A stretch of DNA of 64,000 nt from Eledone cirrhosa (GCA_964016885.1 OZ024755.1:10478001-10542000), one strand, 5' to 3'. Numbered from the stretch's first letter, positions 44,292 through 59,282 are shown. The notes: generated by a model not told the origin, from the letters alone. A program made the numbers and translations.

Positions 44292-44518
44292 AGCGGTCGA
44301 TTAACTGAATTGATAGAGTGTCCGACAAAATGTTCGTGGCATTTATTCCGACTATTTTTGTTCTGTGTTGAAATCACGTTGCGATCAAATTCACTCTCCA
44401 TCTTTTCGACTTGATAAAATAAACTACTAGTCAGGAAATGAGTTTGATTTAATTGATTTTTCTTCCTTTCCTCATAAAACTGGTAGCCTTGTGCCTAAAT
44501 TAGAAACTATCACTATAA
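44292..44518 (+). mobile_element. Old SINE family A-related copy
   Basis: Degenerate head and core (GATAAAATAAACTACTAGT), tail AGCCTTGTGCCTAAATTAGAAAC. Confidence 0.65.
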
Positions 44519-45111
44519 TTAGTTACATTGGCAACCATTTGTACGAACTAATATGTAAATTGCTTCTGCTACGTGATAGAACTATGGAAAGCGAAAAACA
44601 AATAGTTGGGATATAATTTCACTCCATGAAAACAACGTTTTCCTATTATGTATGTTAGCTAAATCAGTTTTGTCAAGTCAAACACACCTCATGGGAAAAT
44701 TTAAATTCTGCAGTGAAGCCAACTACGAATTTGTCAGTTATACTGTGAGCCATGTTAACAACGTTAACAATGACGAAATACATTTTATCTGTACATGATA
44801 CGTATGTACAAGGTGGACAGCACAAATTATGTGACTTTCTTACGGCCTTCTACACAGCGCTTATCTAGTGACATTGTAAGAATAATCGATTATTGGATCA
44901 CAAATAGCAGATTCGAAATTCGGTATTATGAATATGATTTCGGTGTTTGAGCACACATACACTTATGATAGATCTGACAGAAAAATATGCGATTATATAT
45001 CACCATGTCGGTATGTAATTCAAAAGGCCTAATCCTACAGAGGATGAAGAATCACTTCTATATAACTTGAATGAATGATTGTATGGAACAAAATGTAGAT
45101 ATTCCACTATG

Positions 45112-45177
<66 letters not shown>

Positions 45178-45184
45178 TATACAC

Positions 45185-45215
<31 letters not shown>

Positions 45216-46759
45216 ATGACGTTATTCAGAACAATGTTAAAACTCATAGATGCGTTGTTATTGATGCCTTTTCAGTTTTTGTAGTTTCGTACTAATTACA
45301 ATATTTTTTTTCAATAAAAGAAGAAAGAAAAAGAAACGAATCTCATTTGAAAATCCAAGATTTAGAAATTTTCTTACAATTTGTATTACATTCAAAATAC
45401 AGCTTTAAGCACGCATTCGGCAATGATAGCAGCTGGAGTTTTAAATGCACTGAATATAACTGTAAATATGGCTAGGTAGTTATGTTCTAGCGTTCACGGG
45501 AATATATATTGAACGGAATATAGCAATAGGTATTAATAGATAGGATATATATTACACTAACTAGCAATATTTGGATACGAAGATGGGATTAGTTTTGCTG
45601 CCTTCCTTCCGCGTAGTATTCATGAGTATGACACATATGCCTCTTATTCCTCATTGCTCTAGACCAGACACTTGGCAAAAATGTCTTAATTGGAAGTCAT
45701 GTGGCAATCCCTGTAAAATATAGCTTCACTGCAACTACCCGAGAATTAAGGATACGGGCTTTTGTAAAATGATTAGCGACTTGCAAATTAATTCAACAAG
45801 CAGTTTCTTCAAGTATTCGAACAACTGGAAACCTCGCCGTCGGAACCGGTGGAGGTTCAATGCACGCTCAAATAATATTATCCAACTTAGCACATTTTAA
45901 TTCAAAACGTCAGTATTATCACCTAGTACTAATATGTCACAGAGAATATACATAAGAATTTCATTATGGGTTCACGCGTCTTTGGAATTCTTAGTCACAT
46001 GTACTTTAATTTTCCGAGTAGATATTTCCGTTGTTTAAATAGTTGACTCTCGTCGTTGAAAGCGACGGACGACCAATAACAACAATGTGAAATATGATAC
46101 GCTTGTATGTGGAGGTTTTACAATAATTTTTAGGTTCATTTTCATGTTATGTTTAGTAACAACTGAAAACCTCTTCACTGAAACCAGCAGATGTCCAACA
46201 CACATATACACGCAAATACACTGACACATACACACACACACACACACATACACTGACACACACTCAAACACACAGGTACACACTGACTCTCACCCATACA
46301 CACTCCAACACATACACACACACAGGTACACACTGACACTCACGCATATACACTCAAATACACACATACACACCTATAATTTCCATATTTAAGAACACTT
46401 CGTAATTTTGTTTTTCATCATTTCATCGCCTCGTTTTCACTTTCTTTCCTCGGATTTCTTCAACTCTAAATTTCTCATATTCGCTCTTCTCAATTTTTCA
46501 TATGTCATTTCTTTCTTTTCCTATATTATCTATTATCCCTCTCTCTGTGAATTTCATTCTCCGGTTAAATCCTTTCATCGTTTGTTTCCTCGTTTCGTAC
46601 ATCACTTCCTGCCTTCATTACGATCCTCATTACTTGCATTTCCTTTACATTCTATTCTCTTCAAGTCATTTCTTCTTGTTTTCTTTCGGTTCTTTTCACT
46701 TTTGATATCTTTCATCAGTGTGTATATTAGTCTGTACCACTATCTTTATATTTAGATAA

Positions 46760-46783
46760 TTATATATACAAATATATGTATGA

Positions 46784-46814
<31 letters not shown>

Positions 46815-47219
46815 AAATATAATAAACATATCATACATGTATATATAAAATATATATATATATTATACAAGTATATACATGTATATATATACATTTATAT
46901 GTATATGTATATATATACATTTATATGTATATATATATATTATACATGTATATATGTATATATATACATTTATATGTATATATATATATATTATACATGT
47001 ATATATATATATATAATACATGTATATATATATGTATATATATAATATATATGTATATATATAATATATATATGTATATATATATTTATATATGTAATAT
47101 ATATATTTATATATGTAATATATATGTATATATATAATGTATATATATGTATATATATAATATATATATATATATGTATATATATAATATATATATATAT
47201 ATTTATATATATATATATT

Positions 47220-47252
<33 letters not shown>

Positions 47253-47282
47253 ATTTATATATATATATATATATTATACATG

Positions 47283-47313
<31 letters not shown>

Positions 47314-47654
47314 GTATATTACTTACTATTTCACCGATATAAACCATCTGACGTTTCTGTATTAATTCCGCCATTCGACTATTTAATAACTCACATTCAG
47401 CTTCTTTCCTTTGAAGACCTCACGTGGCTTATACACAAGTTTGTCTAGTTTAAAATCTTCAATTCGCCTACGGCTCTAAATATGTAGAATGTAATCTCAC
47501 TGTGATAATATCAAGCAGATATATATATGTTATTATACAAAAATACTTGTCTGCCTAAATGATATATATATATATATATTTATGTATATATATATATATA
47601 TTTATGTATATATATATATGTATATTTATGTATATATATATATGTATATTTATG

Positions 47655-47687
<33 letters not shown>

Positions 47688-48495
47688 ATGTGTATATATA
47701 TATATATATACATGTATATATATGTATATATGTGCGTGTGTATATAACTGTGTGGTTGTGTCCATATATATATGTAAGTATATGTGTGTATATATATATG
47801 TATGTGTGTATATATATATATATATATATGTGTATAAATATATTTATACATATATGTATGTTTATAAATAATTATTTATTATGTATCAATATGATTATAT
47901 ATATATATATATATATATCTACATATGTACACACATATATATATGTTCACACACACACACATATATATATACATACATACATATATACATACATGTATAT
48001 ATGTACATATATACACACACATATATATATGTACACATACACACACATATATATATTTATATACACGTTCATACCTAGATGTGTATGTGTCAGCTACAAT
48101 CTGTCTACCAATCTATACATCTCCTTCTATTTCAAACCTTTCTCATTATGTATATTTATATAATTAAAAAGAAATGCTTGTGTGAACAGTTGCTCTTCCA
48201 CTTAGTTATAATTTTCTCGAGAAAATATATGACCAATACAATAAATAATACATTATATGGAAAAGTATGAATATAGAAAATTATTTGGACGGCAACAGTA
48301 ACCGAACTTAATCAAACATATTCCACAGGGGAGTAGAAAGGGAGACAATGCGCAATGATTCTAATAAAACTGTTCATAAAAGATATATGAATGGAATAAA
48401 GCGAAGGTTTAAGAAATATATATATATACATATGTGTGTCTGTATGTATATATAATATATATATGTATATACATTTATATATATATACACACACA

Positions 48496-48538
<43 letters not shown>

Positions 48539-48603
48539 TATACATATATATATATACACACATATATATACACAAATATATATATACACACACATATATA
48601 TAT

Positions 48604-48652
<49 letters not shown>

Positions 48653-48688
48653 TATATATATACACACGCATACACACACACACACACA

Positions 48689-48727
<39 letters not shown>

Positions 48728-48962
48728 ACACACACACACGACACACACACCACACACACACCACACACACACCACACACACACCACACACACACACCACA
48801 CACATATAGGAACATCATTTGCCGTTAGATTATTCAAGTTTGGGAGAGGGTGAAATGAAAATCACAATATCCAACATAATCCTTTATTATTAATTTCTTA
48901 GAATTTCATTCATTGACTTTATGAATATTTATTGTTTTATGACTGACTGACGAAAACACATT

Positions 48963-49043
<81 letters not shown>

Positions 49044-49280
49044 CAATATATAGTAATAAGCACTTATTGAATATATACATACACACACACGCATATATAG
49101 ATATACACACACACACATACTCATACATATATATATATGTGCGTGTGTGAGGTGGTTTGTAACTGCATATATTGTTTACATACACACACATATATAAGCA
49201 CGTATGTTGGTATATATATATATATATGTATGTGTGTGTGCACGTATGTTGGTATATATATATATATGCACACATGTTGG

Positions 49281-49314
<34 letters not shown>

Positions 49315-49340
49315 TGTTGGCATATAGATACACACACAGA
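46760..49340. repeat. Cluster of (TA)n, (CA)n and (CT)n microsatellites
   Basis: Direct inspection. (CT)n at 48965-49040, CA/CCA at 48670-48805. Confidence 0.9.
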
Positions 49341-51785
49341 CCAACACTTATGATAGAGATGTAGTCTCCGCCACATTCTCGTATAGGGTTACAGACCCGC
49401 TGATCACTTCAACATTCTTGATAACTATGTTTCGCTTTGTGTCCTGAAATGTCTTCTTTTTTTCAGCCTTTTCCTTCCTTCTCTCTTTCTCTCTCTCAAC
49501 GTCCATTTAACTTATTACCGACTAAAATTGATGATAATATTTCTCCTTTTCCTACAAGCGTTAAACTAATATTGCTTAGTGTTATTGTTCTCTACGTGGG
49601 CCATAGACAAGCCCACACACTCACTTTAACGCACACATACATACACAACCAAATGTATATATATATGTAAATGGTAAACAGAAACAACGAAGCAAACCAC
49701 ATAGTAAATTGAAGAAATATATTAGTTTGACGCTTGAAACAACAGGAAGAGCGTCTTAACGTTTCGGAGACTACTAGAAAATAGAGTTAGAAGTAGAGAG
49801 ATAAATAGAAAGAAAAGAGTCTAGAGAAGAAGAATGGGGGGAAATGAGATGATGAAAGGGGGAGAAATGGCACAAGAATGTGCCCTAGCTACGTAAACAC
49901 CATCGGCTATGTTGGGGCCCAAATCTTTTCCCAATATCCCAACCTCATTTCAAGCTATACAGATGTTACATTACCGACTGTATCGGCGGCTGGGGATAAC
50001 CATAACATAAAGCTGAATAACAAAACAACATAAGAACGCAAAATGTTCGTGACATGATTCCGTATTTATTGAAACTAAATATAGTCTTTACACAATTTAA
50101 CGGAGGTGTTGATACGCTACAAATCATATTTGGACAGGTAAAAATCCAATGTCATTTTTTAATGACGGGTTGTGTCGAAATGGCTGAATAACAGAACTGC
50201 AAATTATACCAAATCAAAGTAGACACTATGCAATCTTAAGACATTCTTTGGCCAGGGGTATTTGAATTTAATTGCAAATAAAGGTAAACTACGTTGACAA
50301 CTTTCTTGGAGAAAGAATCTGGATAATATAAAGGAGATTAATTCTACCTTTTAGGGTCTGAATAGAGAGGAATATGAATATTGTGATTCTTAAACTTGTT
50401 TTATAGTTGCAACTAATCATTATTGAATCAGGAATTTCTAAACGACCAGGCAACATAATAACTAATTATACACACTCGGATATCGCGTATAAAATTATTA
50501 TCCATAGTTAAGTCGAATATTTATTCGGGAATAATGTGTATGATTTTGTTTCTCTTTTCTCATATTTTGTGAACCGGGTTTTCAAACATATATTCCATAT
50601 TATGACGGAGGCGCGAAATCTAGCTTAACATTTGATGATACTAAACTCACTGAACTCAGAAATATCAAATCATATTGTAAATAAAATACATTTTATATAT
50701 TCCATATATAACTTTGGTCGATAGTTGATACGAATCCCTAGCCCGGAAAACGGACGTAAAACTCTGATGATGAGGAGGAGGCGGGGAGGAGAAGATTGGG
50801 TACAGGAGGAGGACGACGACGAAAACGATGAATATCATTCTCATGATAACCTCGACCACAAGGACATTGATAGACGACGACAACTTGGATGAGGATGATC
50901 ATTGTGATGATGGAGATAATGAGGATGAGGGTGATGATAAACGATTATGTGTCGTATCTTATTTTCAGACATCGATGCTTTCTTGGTTTTTTTAACTAAA
51001 ACTCAACTTTCAAATTGTCGAGACTGTTCGTAGACATACGTCGTGAAGTATGTTGACAGCAATAACAGATATCTATTGGTGACTGTTAGAACAAATTACA
51101 ATACTCAGTTCAGCTCCTTTCCCGAGAGATTATATTATAGAGAAACTCGACGCCGTTAAGTATTTTACTGGCGTTACATTTTTCTGAAGAGATAGATCAG
51201 TAGCGAGACTCACATAGACTTATTAACTATTGTAAGGTTTCGCTCTATTCAATTTTAGTTTCTGATTTGTTGCACGTCCAATTTATCAAATGGTAATTAT
51301 ATACATATTGAAGGGTTTCGATGATACTTGGAATAATGTTTTTCATTCTTTCTGGAAGAATTTCTATGTTAAAAATACACTTGACATAAAATACTTATGT
51401 CTCTACGTACGTCTAAACAATAATGATAATACTATGAGTATTACTAATAATAATAATAACTGAAATAATAATAGTTGGAACACTAGGTATAAAAAGAGAT
51501 TAACAAAATACTATACACAATCTCCACATAATCGAATAAAACAGCGTACACAACATACGCTACAGATTCACCAAACAGTATAAAACAACCGCTGCACGCA
51601 CTGACTACCTAATAAAATAAAACAACGAAATCGATATTCGACACTAGAGTACTAACAACTTATAAAAGTCATTCTATTATGTGGTAAGTGGGTAAAACGT
51701 AAGACATCTGAAACAAAATAAACAACACATAATTTATACAATCACAAAATAAAAACCAAAACATTCTACGGTAACTAATTGAAAT

Positions 51786-52380
51786 ATTATTCCTACTTAG
51801 CAACAAATTTGTGGGAAGGACAAATTTGATTAAATCAATCAGAGTACATAAGTAGTACTTTATGGTTTCAAAACTGAAAAGACTAAAGATAAGTTGGCTT
51901 TGGCGGGATTTGAACTCAGAATGTCAAAAGCAAGATTAATTCCATAATGGGCTTGAAATCTCGTACACCATTCTGGAACTTCAATGAAGACCCTTCAGAG
52001 CAATAACTTTGATCTGAAAGAAGAGTTGCGAAGATCATGGAATGAGACTAATTTTGCCATCCAGGAGCCCTCGTCTAAACCAGCCGGCTTTGACCTTTCC
52101 AGAAAGCTATGGGTGTCTCTTAATCAGATCCGCACAACACATGCCGCCACAGCCCAGCATGTGACTGTGGAGACCCTGACCAGGCAGCACTGCACGTTGT
52201 TCGAGATTGTCTCCTCAGACGTTTTCCCGGCGACCTGTAATGTTGCTAATGACACCAGCTACTGAGCATATGACACCAGATACTGAGCATATGACACCAG
52301 ATACTGAGCATATGACAAGAAGACGATTAATGTCATAATTTCATTATCCGACGCTCTACCAATTCAACCAATCCACCACC
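51786..52380 (-). mobile_element. Old SINE family A copy split by a LINE insertion
   Basis: GGCGGGATTTGAACTCAGAA at ~51902-51921 and head CCGACGCTCTACC...CCAATCCACCACC at ~52348-52380. Confidence 0.7.
51941..52324 (+). mobile_element. Vingi/Ingi-like non-LTR retrotransposon 3' end
   Basis: Frameshifted translation LKSRTPFW..PAGFDLSRKLWVSLNQIRT..SPACDCGDPDQAALHVVRDCLLRRFPG (CCHC knuckle). Three 21-bp tandem units ATGACACCAGATACTGAGCAT. Candidate TSD GATTAAT at 51934-51940 and 52325-52331. Confidence 0.8.
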
Positions 52381-52850
52381 TTTGAGGACCTACTGAAATA
52401 TTAAAATTGAAAATAGTCAGGATATATAATGATAGTTTTCTGTCGGTAAAGATACGTTAAATGAAATTTAGAAACCAAAGTAAGATTCTATGAAGTGATT
52501 ATAACGTAATCTATATTTTCCTTTCTATTCCGTGGAAGGATCTGACATTTTAGATTTTAAATATTCATGACACACGAACGTAATCTATATTGTGGGTTTA
52601 TTCGAGTGAACAATCTGTCAAAAGTCTTTAATGTGTACTTTCATTGGCGTAAATTCCCACTTATTAACACCTCACTCAGTTTCAATAGAAATAAATATTT
52701 CCAGCAAAAGCATCAATCCTCGATTGGTGGCATTTCTGTTAATATACCTCCTTCAAGACACTGAAAGAATAGAGATGATATAGAAAATATTTCCACAATA
52801 TATATATAGAGACATACGCCAGTAGAATAAATACACATAGTGATAAACAT

Positions 52851-52958
52851 AATGATTTTTTCTATAGACACAAGGCTAGCAATTTGGGGAAAGGGAATAC
52901 CGATCAACTTGATTCCAGTGCATTACTGGTGCTTTATTTTCATGGACCCGGTAAGAAT
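52851..52958 (-). mobile_element. SINE family A 3' fragment
   Basis: CACAAGGCTAGCAATTT...CCAGTGCATTACTGGTGCTTTATTTT. Confidence 0.65.
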
Positions 52959-54196
52959 ATAATGGTGCCAAGTTATTAAGAGTATTTACATATCTTTAGA
53001 ATTATCAGCCGTTTATAGTTTGGCTACGAATATACTGTCTTTCTTTTCTAACACATACACACATACACACACGCACACACACACACATACACGCATACAC
53101 ATGCACATACACGCATGAACCTGTATGTTTGTCTGTTTAATGCTAGAACATAACGTATATTTAATTAAAAAAACATTTATTAGAATATGGTATCATTATG
53201 CATTTCCGATATTTGGGTGTCCTTATTAGAAGTACCCCTGTGATTAGGAATATTAATATAACAACACTTTATGCCATACAGAATTCGGAAAATATGCTAG
53301 CGTGGTCAGACAAATTTGTATGACATGCATATGTTTTGAGACGTAATACAAGTTATAGATATTTACGCTAGAACACAGTATATTTCATAGCTTTAAGGCA
53401 CAACTCTGGTAGATATAACTACTGCATTTTTTTTATTAGAAATCTTCTTCACTGAAAAACGCGTCTCACTAAGATCGCTGGGGTAATATTTACACATGCT
53501 TGTTGTAATCATGTATTTACGTTTGAATTTGTAACCGATTAATAAAAAAATAACTAACATCGAAACAAATGAAGGAGATAAACACATTGATCAAGCATTA
53601 TTTAAAATATTTATCACGCAGTTACATGGTCTGCGTATGTTCAACAGGAGAGAAACAAAAGTACATTAGCATAAATAAAAAGGAGAGCAGTAACAAGAAA
53701 TTCTTAACGAAAATAAGAAAAAAAGTTATATTGAACATAACAGGGAACAAAACCGTGTCAATATATAAGATGAACGGAAATCAATTTAATTTGATTACCA
53801 ATATATACATTATTGTGCTTAGTAGATATAGCACACCAATAAATATTAACTCTCTTTTAGGAAAATTTAGATAATTTCTTTAATTCCTAAACAAAAAAAT
53901 ATAAAATTGATTTCATGTATTTTTTAAATGTATGATTAATTATTTTATTTCGAGTTTGTTTTGGTATCGAGCATTTTGTTGGGAGTTTTCTTTTATTCTG
54001 GTTGTAAAATTGTTATTTAATCTTTAGTTAATGTCATTGAGGAATTTTATTAAATTAGTTTATAGATTTTTTTGGTTTAATTCTTTTTATACGCTCCCGC
54101 CACGAAAGAACACACACTCGCCTGATTTACACAGGAGCGCACACACACACATACACACATTATATATGCATATATAAGCACATATATTTATAATAT

Positions 54197-54298
54197 AATG
54201 GTTTCTGATTTAGGCACAAGGCAAATAATTTGGGGGAAGGGAAATTCGATTAAATCAACCCCAGTATGTTACTGGCGGGATCTGAACTCAGAATGTAA
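54197..54298 (-). mobile_element. SINE family A deleted fragment
   Basis: TTTAGGCACAAGGC...CCCCAGTATGTTACTGGCGGGATCTGAACTCAGAA (core deleted). Confidence 0.65.
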
Positions 54299-54935
54299 TG
54301 AAACACTCATCGTTGGAACTGATAAATGTCCACCTTTGTAATTCAATATAGTTTTCCCATTTTAATCCTATTGCTGGCCTATGACGTTTATGTAGTCGGA
54401 ATAGCGATTTTACTAGTTGTTGTTACAGTCTTCTGCAACTGTTGCTGTTAATAATTGTGATGTTAAAATTTATAGAAATCATAAACAAACACCTTTCTAG
54501 CAATGTATTTCCTATATTTATTACGTTGATCTTTAATATATATATATATATATATGCATTAATTCATATTTTTTAAATTTTCTTATTTGCTCGAATTTTA
54601 GCATTTTCACAACGTAAACGAAAGAGGAGATAAAAGAAAAAATATTTGAGATTAACAAGGTTCTCATTTGCTATAAACTCACGTCTTATAAACTGAATAA
54701 CAATCGGTCGATTTTATGCAATTTTCTATTTGACAGAATAAATACATAAATGAATATAGAAATAGAAATAATATAATTAAATAAAAATGTGAAATAATAA
54801 TAAATACATATAAATATAAACATGCAAATATATAATAATATATAGAATAAAAATTAATAAATATATAAACACAATTAAAGAAATAAAATTAAAACAAATA
54901 CATATAAAATACAACATTTATTAAATAAAAATAAT

Positions 54936-54982
<47 letters not shown>

Positions 54983-55527
54983 CACATAAGATTTTGTACA
55001 AGATTCTACAATATAATTTACGTGTGGACGTTCAGTGAATCTATTTTTTCTTTCAGTTTTACATTCTGCCAACGAAACATTTCGAGAATTAGAAATATTT
55101 GTAAAAGGAGGGGATAGTGTCTGTAATAAGATTAAGATGAGAAGGAGAAAGGCAAGAATAAGAGTAAGTGTCAAAAATAGAAGCTGAAAAGGTTTACTAC
55201 ATGTGGTTGATATAGAACGATATCATCTCCCGTGATATTATTATTGTCGATATTGTCATGACTGTTTGCATTATCATCACCACAATCACTATTCGTAAAG
55301 GTATCAGGATCATTGTGATCATCATCTTCGTCATCATTTACCCACCCGCCACCATCATCAGTATCGTCCCCATATTATTCACAGCATCATCATCTTACCA
55401 CAACTACCTGTCCTAATGTAGTCCCGGGCTGAGAAACAAGGAAGGCGGAAACTGCACAAGTCCATTGTACATACATATATTAAACACACACACACACACG
55501 TTTGTATCTCTCTCTCATATATATATA

Positions 55528-55674
55528 TAGGAAAATGTTTAACCCCGACGGCAGAGTTCAAGCCGTTTCGACGTCGGGGTTAAACATTTTCCTATTACCC
55601 ACTCTACTACTCGAAGTATTGAGTACGTACTCTGTTGCGTTATGGTCCATCTGGTTCCTTACCACACTTCCTTC

Positions 55675-55679
<5 letters not shown>
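55528..55679 (+). mobile_element. Family C element, diverged subfamily
   Basis: Arms TAGGAAAATGTTTAACCCCGACG / CGTCGGGGTTAAACATTTTCCTA, with the shared tail TTACCCACTCTACTAC...GGTTCCTTACCAC. In (TA)n. Confidence 0.85.
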
Positions 55680-55722
<43 letters not shown>

Positions 55723-55744
55723 TGTCCATGTGTGCTTATGGTTG

Positions 55745-55925
55745 TGTGTCTCTTTATGTTGGATAACGTAAATAGGCAATACGAGATCCAGAAGTAGGTG
55801 CGAGTCTTTAAATATAAAACAAAAATTGCTACTTGGGTCAATAGGGTCGATTAAAGCCATTCGAGACGGTGCTGCAACATGGTCACAGTCTCATGTATGG
55901 AACCGGTGTAAGAAGAAAAGAAAAG
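55745..55925 (+). mobile_element. Degenerate SINE 3' region (third family)
   Basis: GGGTCGATTAAAGCC...GGTGCTGCAACATGGTCACAGTC...AAGAAAAG tail. Similar remnant at 35120-35230. Confidence 0.4.
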
Positions 55926-56272
55926 AATATGATAATAAAATTATACAGGTCTCTTAGTGAACAAGGGTGTTGCTAACAATATAAGTTTAACTAGGACACA
56001 GAGTAGTTCTGTGGGAAAGTTATGGCGAATAATCAGACATTGTGAAGAATCAGATTATTGTGCTCTGACAAATTGTTTTTATGATGATTTGTGACGTTTT
56101 TTTCAAGTGCCAGGCAGGAAGGTTCTTTGACATAAATAAAAGTTTAGGAAAACAAACCCCATACATATGCACACTTGTACAGCCTTATAAACATCCCAAG
56201 ATATAGATATATATATATACATTTACATATATGTGTCTGTGATGTGTAAATGTATGTGGGTCTATATATATA

Positions 56273-56311
<39 letters not shown>

Positions 56312-56405
56312 GCATTTGGGTAACCATGAATATGAATGTGTATTTGTATATCTATGTATGCATGTATGTCTTTCTCTCTTTCTCTCTCGCTCTCTCATAT
56401 ATACA

Positions 56406-56470
<65 letters not shown>

Positions 56471-57657
56471 TCATTCTTACATACAATGCATACATACATA
56501 TAATTCAGATAGAGTGAGGTTTACTTAATGAGACATGGTGAACAATTCTTGATGATTTCTTTTCTTTTTTTGATGATGGAAAATAACAAAACATGGTAAT
56601 ATTAGTAATTATTGTTCCTAGACAAAGCGGCAGATATAGACATCTTTCCTTCTTATTAAAATCTCCTCAATGAAGTATGTTGGAGGAGAAGTGTATGCAC
56701 GTTGCATGACACCCGTAACTCATGAGGGGATCAAGCACCGTATTGACATACGGTGTTTCTAGGACTTCGTAAAGTTTGATGGAGCCATGCTTCGAATTTC
56801 TAAACAATTGTAGTAATATCTACCATACGTTTACTTAAACATTAAATATTTCGAGGAAGAAAAGCCAAACAATCAGAAATCTAAATTATATTTATGTATT
56901 TTGATCACATCCGATATACTTCATGCAGACGTTTGTGAAATGGAAAATACCCGAAATGTTCATCTGAGCAAATATTAAGCAAAATTAGAAATGTTACAAA
57001 TAAATTTGAAATAAATTAAAAATAAGTTACGTTACACAAAAACAAATAAATAAATGCCGCATGGATTTTCTTTGTTTAGTGGTGATTACTGTTAGCAAAC
57101 GAAAAAAAAAATTAACCTTCAGAAATATTATTTCCTGAAGGAATTTTGGAAAGTTTTGGTATTAACGATCATGTCTAAAATACTAGATGCCAAACGCAGG
57201 GTATAATTGTATTTAATTGAAGATCTACTTGAGATTTTTTAATAGAAAAATTATATATATTCTCTACTATATTTAAGACGTTCACTTTCAAGTTGTTTTA
57301 GGAATCATGCAATAGTTTATTTTCTTTTTTACTATAAGCCATTGGAATATTGGCTGAAAGTTAAAATTTCGTTTTCAATGAATATATGTTATTTTCAGAT
57401 TATTTCCATTCATATGAAGATAAATGATATCGAAAATTAAATTTTATTTTAAACATGATGTAATAAGGATAGCAAAAATATACAAACATTAATCGGAGAG
57501 TGTATACTATATGCAAAATATATTATATCTCCAGCTAAATAACAAATAGTATCTACATATACATCATATGCTCATATACACTTATATACAAATGAATATA
57601 TATCCATCTGTGTGTGTATCATGTAAATATATATGTGTGATATGACACCCAAAACAC

Positions 57658-57753
57658 ACATTTTAACTTTCGATAAATTACCTATTGCTAAGGGCCACAC
57701 TAATATATAGTGTAGCCCTTAGCAATAGGTAAATTTATCGAAAGTTAAAATGT
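57658..57753. repeat. 96-bp near-perfect palindrome framed by TTTCG...CGAAA
   Basis: ACATTTTAACTTTCGATAAATTACCTATTGCTAAGGGC...GCCCTTAGCAATAGGTAAATTTATCGAAAGTTAAAATGT. Confidence 0.9.
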
Positions 57754-57843
57754 TGCTGAATTTTGGTGCAGAATGTACCTCTTCAGTTGATTTGTTTCAC
57801 CTTTGTCTGTTTCCAGCATAACTTGAGCAATATTTGCCTTAAC

Positions 57844-59060
57844 TTCTCCTTGCTCTCCTCTTCTCATTGCTCTCCTTTCTCTCCACTTCTCATTGCTCTC
57901 CTTGCTCTCCTCTTCTCATTGCTCTCCTTGCTCTCCTCTTCTCATTGCTCTCCTTGCACTCTTTGCTCTCCTCTTCTCATTGCTCTCCTTGCTCTCCTCT
58001 TCTCATTGCTCTCCTTGCACTCTTTGCTCTCCTCTTCTCATTGCTCTCCTTTCTCTCCACTTCTCATTGCTCTCCTTGCTCTCCTCTTCTCATTGCTCTC
58101 CTTGCTCTCCTCTTCTCATTGCTCTCCTTGCTCTCCTTGCACTCCTCTTCTCATTGCTCTCCTTGTTCTCCTCTTCTCATTGCTCTCATTGCACTCCTCT
58201 TCTCATTGCTCTCCTTGTACTCCTTCTCATTGCTCTCCTTGCACTCCTCTTCTCATTGCTCTCATTGCACTCCTCTTCTCATTGCTCTCCTTGTTCTCCT
58301 CTTCTCATTGCTCTCCTTGCACTCTTTGCTCTCCTCTTCTCATTGCTCTCCTTGTACTCCTTCTCATTGCTCTCCTTGCACTCCTCTTCTCATTGCTCTC
58401 CTTGTACTCCTCTTCTCATTTCTCTCCTTGTACTCCTCTTCTCATTGCTCTCTTTGTTCTCTTCTCATTCCTCTCCTTGCACTCCTCTTCTCATTGCTCT
58501 CCTTGAACTCCTCTTCTCATTTCTCTCCTTGTACTCCTCTTCTCATTGCTCTCCTTGTTCTCCTCTTCTCATTGCTCTCCTTGCACTCCTCTTCTCATTT
58601 CTCTCCTTGTACTCCTCTTCTCATTTCTCTCCTTGTTCTCCTCTTCTCATTGCTCTCCTTGTTCTCCTCTTCTCATTGCTCTCCTTGCACTCCTCTTCTC
58701 ATTTCTCTCCTTGCACTCCTCTTCTCATTGCTCTCCTTGTTCTCCTCTTCTCATTGCTCTCCTTGCACTCCTCTTCTCATTTCTCTCCTTGTACTCCTCT
58801 TCTCATTTCTCTCCTTGCACTTCTCTTCTCATTGCTCTCCTTGTACTCCTCTTCTCATTTCTCTCCTTGTTCTCCTCTTCTCATTGCTCTCCTTGCACTC
58901 TTTGCTCTCCTCTTCTCATTGCTCTCCTTGCACTCTTTGCTCTGCTCTTCTCATTGCTCTACTTTTTCTCATTGCTCTCCTTTTCTCATTGCTCTCCTTT
59001 TATCCTTGCTCTCCTTTTATCCTTGCTCTCCTTTCCTCATTGGTCTCCCTTCCTCCTTGT
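57844..59060. repeat. Pyrimidine-rich ~26-bp tandem minisatellite (CTCCTCTTCTCATTGCTCTCCTTGCA)
   Basis: Direct inspection. Explains the Leu/Ser-rich ORFs in all three plus frames. Confidence 0.95.
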
Positions 59061-59144
59061 TTCTATATACTTCTTTACATACAAATACAATGAGAAAAAG
59101 GGGAGCAAGGAGAAATATGTAAAAGGATAGCAATGAGAAAAAAA

Positions 59145-59176
<32 letters not shown>

Positions 59177-59204
59177 ATATAATATATACATATATATATA
59201 TATG

Positions 59205-59282
<78 letters not shown>

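Noticed and set aside
49755-49780. AACGTTTCG antisense hammerhead 3' half
   Set aside because: No matching core or stem II, too degenerate to call.
50665-50940. Possible acidic or hydrophobic exon
   Set aside because: Degenerate GAT/GAG/GAC trinucleotide low complexity, like 1110-1230 and 27130-27440. No splice or homology support.
52249-52316. CRISPR-like 21-bp repeats
   Set aside because: No spacers, eukaryotic context, no cas genes. It is a LINE 3' tandem repeat.
57763-59130. Leu/Ser/Cys-rich membrane-like ORFs
   Set aside because: Products of the 26-bp minisatellite, open in all three frames.
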